The notes under the pieces: generated by a model
Seen by the model: the letters and a program-made list of their open reading frames with translations, nothing else
Database searches by the model: none
What the model was told of the DNA's origin: nothing
In this document: positions 58,482-64,000 of the stretch, piece after piece
Position numbering within the stretch: position 1 is the first letter of the stretch
Layout of the letters: each line of letters starts with the position of its first letter
DNA from: Planctomycetota bacterium
GTDB lineage: Bacteria > Planctomycetota > UBA8108 > SXIK01
DNA: 64,000 bases
Direction of reading: 5' to 3'
Assembly: GCA_965223265.1 (NCBI GenBank)
Contig: OZ244999.1
Coordinates: 7,904,001 to 7,968,000 of the forward strand
Translations under genes and position numbers: made by a program

Positions 58482-59708
58482 TCAGGTGCGCGCGGCAGCG
58501 CTGGCTCGTTTTTCAAGCGCTACCAGCAGAGCCCCGGTCTTTGCCTCCCGTGCGGCTCGTTCTTCAACGCGATGCAGCGCATAGTGAACTGTGCTGTGAT
58601 CGCGACCGCCGAACTCTCCACCGATGTCGGCGAGCGAAAGGTGAGTGAGTCGACGGGCAAGATACATAGCTACCTGGCGTGGAAAAGTCGACGCCCGCGC
58701 CTTTGAACGCGACACTAGCTGCTCGTGGTCGACGTCGAAATAGCTTTCAACCGTCTCACAAATGGCGCTGAGCATCGTCCGCTTTTCCTGGCGCACGCCG
58801 TCGAAAAGATCGTCGAGCACCGTCTTTGCTAACTCTAAAGTGACCTTGCGGCGTCGCGCTCTGGCAAGGGCCAACAACGAGTTCAGCGCACCGGTGGTTT
58901 CCGGGAAATTGCCACAGATGGTGCGCGCCATGAGGTGCGCCACTTGGCGTGGCAGATCGACCCTGCGGCGCCTGGCTTGATCGATGAGGAATCTCTCTCG
59001 CGTCGCTTCGTCGACCTCTTGAAGGTGGGTCACAAGTCCCGACTGCAGCCGAGAGCGAATGCGTCGGGGAAACCCCTCGTAGGAGCGCGGGGGTTTTAGA
59101 GTGCTTATGAGCAACCATTTGCGGTGGTCTGAAAAACACTCTAGCAGATCGAAAAGCTCACTTTGAACCCAATCAACATTCGCGATCTCATGGACGTCAT
59201 CGATCGCGAGTACATCGCAACTGTCGTAAGCGGACTGGAGGAGCGGTTTTGTCGCCTTCGAATCCAAAGCGTTGCGAATCTGGCCGGGCAAATCGGCCCC
59301 GCGCCAGTACAGCACTCGTTTCTGCTTCCCCAGATGCCAGCGGCAAAGAGCTCGCAGGAGGTGAGTTTTCCCAGTGCCGTGGCTGCCGTGAACGAGGAAG
59401 GGGCTCGACTGGCCTGCGTCTGTACAGTTGTCGAACGCGGCCAAAAAAGCGTCGTCATTGCACGGCCCGCGCACGAACGTGCTGATGGAATCCGTGGCCG
59501 AGTCACCAGGGAGGCGGGCTTGGTTCGTCCCCAGCGACGCAGGATCCAACGAATCTCCTTGGATTTCCGCGCCGTGCCGCGATCCTGCTCCACGTTGATT
59601 CGCGTAGGTCGACCAAATGCTGGGTTGACTGGCACCCCAACCGAGGATTTCGCCGTCGGTCGGAGGCTGCGCCTCCCCTGCCGGACCACCGAAGCGTTGT
59701 GAACTCAC
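58482..59708 (-). CDS. dnaA: Chromosomal replication initiator DnaA (divergent, domain I not recognisable)
   Basis: FV.G..N..A, Walker A GSHGTGKTHLL, Walker B IDDVH, RIRSRL, domain IV RQVAMYL...SL..IG..FGGRDHSTV. Start uncertain (GTG 59708 chosen; ORF open to 59801). Confidence 0.88.
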   Translation of the reverse strand: MSSQRFGGPAGEAQPPTDGEILGWGASQPSIWSTYANQRGAGSRHGAEIQGDSLDPASLGTNQARLPGDSATDSISTFVRGPCNDDAFLAAFDNCTDAGQSSPFLVHGSHGTGKTHLLRALCRWHLGKQKRVLYWRGADLPGQIRNALDSKATKPLLQSAYDSCDVLAIDDVHEIANVDWVQSELFDLLECFSDHRKWLLISTLKPPRSYEGFPRRIRSRLQSGLVTHLQEVDEATRERFLIDQARRRRVDLPRQVAHLMARTICGNFPETTGALNSLLALARARRRKVTLELAKTVLDDLFDGVRQEKRTMLSAICETVESYFDVDHEQLVSRSKARASTFPRQVAMYLARRLTHLSLADIGGEFGGRDHSTVHYALHRVEERAAREAKTGALLVALEKRASAAART

Positions 59709-60059
59709 GGACCACCTGCGTCGCGAGCGACCTGGTATGACACCGATAGGCGCCGTACGAAACGGGATCAAGCTTGCGGACGCGTCCACCTCGCGATGCA
59801 AACCGCAAACAAACTCAAACAGCCAAAGTGCATCGACTTGTCAGGCAGCGCCTGCAAGACCGTGCCGACTGTTTTCCCGCCATTTGATTGAGCCTTCGGG
59901 TAGAATGCGGATCGTAGCATGGGTGGGATGGATGCGTCAATACGCAACGTGTCTCCCCGTATTTCGATCCCTCCCGCCGCCCCGCCGACGATTTGGTTTC
60001 GCAGACACGACGGCTCGGTTTCTTCGTGACCGTTGTCGGCGCAAGAAAGAAAGCCAACG

Positions 60060-60524
60060 ATGCAGAATGACCCGCCGAGCCCGCGCGAAGAAACACCCGC
60101 GGGTGCTCTCTCGCCGGACGATCTTGTTCCGGTGGAGGTTTGGCGGCTCGCCGTCTCTTCCCGTGAGGGCGAAGACAGCGTCGTGATCCTCAAAGAGAGT
60201 CACGGAGAGAGTTTGCTTCCCATCGCCGTGGGCTACTGCGAAGCCATGGGGATTGACCGCGCCGTCGAGGGCCGCACCGGTCGTTTTCCGCTTCGGCCGC
60301 TCACGCATGAGCTGCTTGTGGTCCTGACAGGACGCTTGCGGGCCCGCATCGAAAGGGGCATAATCACCCGCCTCGATCAAGGAACGTTCTTTGCTGCCTT
60401 GGTCATCGGCCATGCAGGCGGCGAAGAGCACGTCGACGCGAGACCGAGCGATGTCATCGCCGCGACACTTGAAAGTGGTAGCGTTCTCTACGCCGCGCGT
60501 TCTCTGCTCGAGAGCGACGATTAA
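60060..60524 (+). CDS. Bifunctional nuclease (DUF151) family protein
   Basis: VVILKE, LPIAVG..EA.GI, RPLTHELL, GTFFA.L, DARPSD.IA. Confidence 0.9.
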   Translation: MQNDPPSPREETPAGALSPDDLVPVEVWRLAVSSREGEDSVVILKESHGESLLPIAVGYCEAMGIDRAVEGRTGRFPLRPLTHELLVVLTGRLRARIERGIITRLDQGTFFAALVIGHAGGEEHVDARPSDVIAATLESGSVLYAARSLLESDD

Positions 60525-60588
60525 CAGGAACCGTGGCACACACACCCGGGGCCAAGACGTGGGACAAATTGAGCGAGACAAATGACGC

Positions 60589-60682
60589 GGAGAGGTGGCT
60601 GAGCGGTCGAAAGCGGCGGATTGCTAATCCGTTGTAGAGTGATTTAGCTCTACCCCGGGTTCGAATCCCGGCCTCTCCGCCA
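60589..60682 (+). tRNA. tRNA-Ser (GCT)
   Basis: GGAGAGG/CCTCTCC acceptor stem, anticodon loop TTGCTAA, long variable arm, GGTTCGAATCC, G73 and encoded CCA. Confidence 0.97.
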
Positions 60683-60807
60683 TTTTTGTTTCGTTTTCGA
60701 AGCGTCCCGCTCGAGCATCTCTTTCGAGCACCGAGGAGTAGCTTCCCTCTGCTACTGGCGAGCGTGACTCGGCGAGGTACGCTTCTCTTGGCTACTGGCA
60801 CCAGCTG

Positions 60808-61314
60808 TCAGTCGCTCGCGCTTTCCCCAGCGCCGATGGAGGGTAGCCGTACACCGAGGATCTCGGCTTCGCAGACAACGGCGCCCGCGACGATCCCTTG
60901 CGTCAGAAACACACTGCGCGTCGGCCGCAGAACCTTTGGTTGGGCGAGAAGAAAGAGCCGATCACCTGGCCGCACAGTATCGCGAAAACGCGCTTTGTCG
61001 ATGCCACCGAAGCCGTAGAAGCCGGCACAGTCTATCGCATGGTGGGAGTAGAACGAGCACAGCTGTGCCGAGGCTTCAAGCATGAGAACCGCGGGTAATA
61101 GCGGATCTCCTGGGATGTGACCGCGTATCCAGAACTCCTCGTCGGTGACGTCGTGCAAGCCGACGATCTGCTCCCGCTCGAGGTCAAGGTGCACGATCGC
61201 GCTGAGCTGTTCGAACTCGAAACGCTGCGGATTGACCGCGCGGATTTCGGCGCGGCTAAACTGCACCTGATCGAGGTTGATGTGCTGGAGGTCGAAAAGA
61301 AGTTTGCGGGCCAT
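60808..61314 (-). CDS. 3-hydroxyacyl-ACP dehydratase (FabA/FabZ family)
   Basis: NPQRFEF, FW.RGH.PG.PLLP.VLMLEA.AQ, ARFRD.VRPGD. Start trimmed to ATG 61314. Confidence 0.88.
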   Translation of the reverse strand: MARKLLFDLQHINLDQVQFSRAEIRAVNPQRFEFEQLSAIVHLDLEREQIVGLHDVTDEEFWIRGHIPGDPLLPAVLMLEASAQLCSFYSHHAIDCAGFYGFGGIDKARFRDTVRPGDRLFLLAQPKVLRPTRSVFLTQGIVAGAVVCEAEILGVRLPSIGAGESASD

Positions 61315-61536
61315 CGCCGGATTTCTTCGCGCCTGCGAATCGTCGGATGAATGACTCGAAAGTTTAGGAAACGACTTGAATCGCTGGCAACCAAAAAGCG
61401 CATCGTCCGAAGAGCCGAACATCCGGATTCCAACGATTCCGCTTGCGAACGTTTTGACTTGTCCCGAAGATGCTTTGATACAGGCTTCGGGCGACGTCGT
61501 CATGCAGCCTTGACGTTCTGACAACTTCGGTGAACG

Positions 61537-62094
61537 ATGAAAACGACGATGGAAGATCTGCGCAGCCGATTAAAGCGAAAGCTTGGGGCGTGCATTCAAA
61601 CAGGGCGGATCACGCTCAGTTCGGGACGGGAAACAGACTTCTACTTCGACGGGCGACTCGTGGCTTTGGAGCCTGAGGGATCGACTCTCATCGCGCAACT
61701 TGTGCTTGAAGAAGCGATCGCCGCGGGAGTCGATGCGGTGGGGGGGCCGACATCTGGGTCAGACCCGATCACGTCGAGCGTCGGCGTGTTGGCGTATCAA
61801 CAGCAGGTTCCCTTGCAGCTGTTTTACGTGCGCAAAGCGTCAAAGGAGCATGGCACCCGCCGCAGCGTCGAGGGCCCTCCGCTACCGTCGGGTGCGCGCG
61901 TCGCGCTGGTCGACGATGTGCTCACCACTGGCGGGTCGCTCCTGACGGCCCGCACTGCGCTGCTCGCAGAGGCGGACGTACGCGCTGACGTCGCCATCGT
62001 TGTGGTCGATCGTGAAGAAGGCGGTCGCGAACGTCTCGCAGACAGTGGCGTCGAGGTCCGGTCGCTGTTTCGGAAGGCAGATTTTCTGCCTTGA
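61537..62094 (+). CDS. pyrE: Orotate phosphoribosyltransferase
   Basis: LSSG..TDFYFD, YVRK..KEHG, LVDDVLTTGGS, VDREEGG. Confidence 0.95.
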   Translation: MKTTMEDLRSRLKRKLGACIQTGRITLSSGRETDFYFDGRLVALEPEGSTLIAQLVLEEAIAAGVDAVGGPTSGSDPITSSVGVLAYQQQVPLQLFYVRKASKEHGTRRSVEGPPLPSGARVALVDDVLTTGGSLLTARTALLAEADVRADVAIVVVDREEGGRERLADSGVEVRSLFRKADFLP

Positions 62095-62160
62095 CGCTGT
62101 TCTCGTTGCCCCGGATAATCCGACCCGCATCTCTCTCCGACGTGAGAAGAGCCTTGATCT

Positions 62161-62235
62161 GTGGGTGTAGCTCAGCGGTAGAGCACCGCGTTGCCAACGC
62201 GGATGTCGAGGGTTCAAATCCCTTCACCCACTCCA
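62161..62235 (+). tRNA. tRNA-Gly (GCC)
   Basis: Full cloverleaf: GTGGGTG/CACCCAC acceptor, anticodon arm CCGCG-TTGCCAA-CGCGG, T arm GAGGG-TTCAAAT-CCCTT, U73 and CCA. Confidence 0.93.
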
Positions 62236-62251
62236 CCGAATTCGATTCATG

Positions 62252-62285
62252 GAGCTAGGCGGCGACGCTTGGCTCTTTTTTTTTT
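62252..62285 (+). terminator. Rho-independent terminator after tRNA-Gly
   Basis: GAGCTAGGCG-GCGA-CGCTTGGCTC stem-loop followed by T10. Confidence 0.85.
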
Positions 62286-62323
62286 GCTCCGGACGTGCGC
62301 GTGGCGTTGCTGGTCCGCCGTGC

Positions 62324-63964
62324 TCACTCAAAAGCGAGTGGCGTTCCGTCATTCCAGAGAAGATCACGCACGACGACCACCGTCGGCGTGAACGGTGGCA
62401 GCCGGGTTGGATCGTTCAACTGGGGATCGAACTGCCAGTCCCGCTGCGGCGCGGCGTAGACGTACGGCGCTCCCCAGGGGCTCTTGGCCACCGCGCTTGC
62501 AAACAGGCGGGCGATGGACCCGCGGAGGCGCAGTGTTCTGCCGCGCCAGTCTTCGTGGAGACGAAGAAGGTTCTCGAAACGACTCGCTGGCCGTCCGCTC
62601 GCATTGACCGTCGGGACGTCACCGGTAACGATGCACATGTGGTAGCGTGTCGAGGAGGCCTGCGGGACGGCGCCAGGTAACTTCGAATCGTTCCAAGCGT
62701 TCGAGAGGAGATTCACGGCGTCGGCGATGACCGCGGCAGGTTTCGGCTGGACGACATTGAAGTCCCCTTGAATGTAGAGCGGCGCAGGCGTGACAAAGGT
62801 GAGTGGCCTTGCCAGTTCTGCGCCGTTTTTCAGGCGAAAGCCATTAGGGCGCGCCGCGGTGGCGTCGGTCCGGTGGGCGTAGATCAGCCCGTTGGCTGGC
62901 AGCCTTCCTGCCATCGTCAGCAGTTTCACGTCGACGTCGGTGAAATGAACGTAGGCGTCCTCACGCGCATCGAACAGGACCGACTCCTGCAGCGTCCCCT
63001 TGGGTAGAAGAACCTCACGCTCGTTTGCATCGAAAGCGCGACTGCCCACAAGGACGAGGTCAGCGTGTCGATGGTAGAATCCGCGCTCGCCGTTTTGCTG
63101 CAGCGCTTCAATGACCGTCCGGGCGGGCACTTCGGTGCGTCCAACGCCATGCTCGGCATCGGCGACGGTGCCCTTCCAGCGCTCGGGGGCGTCCCAGCGC
63201 CACTCGGCGCTGCGGGAGTCGTTCGCTGCGTCAAGGCTACGGTAGTGGCGCTCAACACCGGCGACGCGAACCGCGACCTCTCCCGCTCTGCCGCTGTGCG
63301 AAAGGCTGCCGGAACACTTCAGATATTCGCCGTCGACGAGGAGTGTCTCGCTTCCTCCCAAGCGTAGGTCGCCGTTAGCGTGCACTCGTCCGATGAGAGT
63401 CGAGGCGCGCGATGGTGCGATGTTGAGATCGCCGTTGCTCAAGACGCCGAATTGAAAGAGCGGCGTGCGCGCGAGCTCGATGACTCTTTCGACGGTGGCG
63501 CGGGCGCGGCTTTCCTCAACGTGGGCGGTGACGCGATATCGCTGTGAAACAACCTGCGCGCCATCGTCGCAGGTCGTTCGATCTGCAGGTCCGACCGCGG
63601 CGACCTCGTACTCGAACGATGCGCCCGCGATGAGAACGGCACCGCCGAATGGCACGGGCTCGAAATTTGGCGCCGCTTCCCGAAGGCGCTGGATCGCGGC
63701 CGCGACAACGCCTTCGGCCGCCGCGAGCGCGCGTGTGTGCTCGAGAGTTGTCCTGGCCTGCTTGCCGAGCTGATGGGTGGACGTCACGGCGGCACCGATC
63801 GCGAGCAAGACGAGAACCGAGATGACCAGCCCGAGGACCATCACCGACGCCCCGCGGCGATCGATCGCGGCACTCGCCGGGGAGCCGCGCGACGCGGTGA
63901 CGAGGCGACGCGGCCGCAGGTCGACGTGTCGGTGTCTCGGATGATGGCCGGCGATTTGGAGCAT
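62324..63964 (-). CDS. PilX-like minor pilin / pilus-associated protein with C-terminal beta-rich domain
   Basis: RRG|ASVMVLGLVISV without Glu5, A.AAAEG, PLFQF, GRVHANG, ADAVNLLSN.W.D, Y..P.R.W.FD, LPPFTP; AAGGA RBS before ATG 63964. Confidence 0.75.
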   Translation of the reverse strand: MLQIAGHHPRHRHVDLRPRRLVTASRGSPASAAIDRRGASVMVLGLVISVLVLLAIGAAVTSTHQLGKQARTTLEHTRALAAAEGVVAAAIQRLREAAPNFEPVPFGGAVLIAGASFEYEVAAVGPADRTTCDDGAQVVSQRYRVTAHVEESRARATVERVIELARTPLFQFGVLSNGDLNIAPSRASTLIGRVHANGDLRLGGSETLLVDGEYLKCSGSLSHSGRAGEVAVRVAGVERHYRSLDAANDSRSAEWRWDAPERWKGTVADAEHGVGRTEVPARTVIEALQQNGERGFYHRHADLVLVGSRAFDANEREVLLPKGTLQESVLFDAREDAYVHFTDVDVKLLTMAGRLPANGLIYAHRTDATAARPNGFRLKNGAELARPLTFVTPAPLYIQGDFNVVQPKPAAVIADAVNLLSNAWNDSKLPGAVPQASSTRYHMCIVTGDVPTVNASGRPASRFENLLRLHEDWRGRTLRLRGSIARLFASAVAKSPWGAPYVYAAPQRDWQFDPQLNDPTRLPPFTPTVVVVRDLLWNDGTPLAFE

Positions 63965-63976
63965 CCCGTCGTCCTT

Positions 63977-64000
63977 TCAGTTCCGCATGAAGACTGCGCC
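63977..64000 (-). CDS. 3' end of an upstream gene (probably a minor pilin, PilW-like)
   Basis: Reads GAVFMRN-stop just before the PilX-like RBS; a terminal xRN is common in PilW-like proteins. Only 8 codons visible. Confidence 0.4.
   Translation of the reverse strand, partial: GAVFMRN

Noticed and set aside
60589-62235. tRNA-anchored genomic island
   Set aside because: No integrase and no duplicated tRNA 3' end seen; the intervening genes are housekeeping.

Overview
GC-rich bacterial chromosome segment, most likely from a Planctomycetota member (inferred from the planctomycete-type dockerin-like domain, a DUF1080 Tat protein, a short FabZ-like protein and the dnaA-dnaN-DUF721-gyrB-gyrA order without recF). 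Left to right it holds: alpha-glucan genes (partial GH57/DUF3536 missed by the ORF track, maltokinase) with lhgO; purF; a PGRP-like amidase; an rml cluster interrupted by a PHP-STAS fusion gene; a sulfatase-glycosyltransferase/sulfotransferase/GT4 operon; CapA and LolC/E genes; non-discriminating aspS; an orphan pilin with a sigma54-type promoter; a 12.5-kb two-gene unit (dockerin-Ig-RHS/YD giant lacking the toxin-release motif, translationally coupled to a secreted beta-propeller/Ca-repeat/Gly-rich protein); a membrane pseudokinase; lspA; XPB helicase and partner; the probable origin region with a degenerate DnaA; two tRNAs (tRNA-Gly has an atypical U2:A71 pair); pyrE; and a PilX-like gene. 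Several small MITE/REP-like repeats lie in intergenic regions. No CRISPR array, rRNA or transposase was seen. All calls are by eye from motifs; no searches were run.
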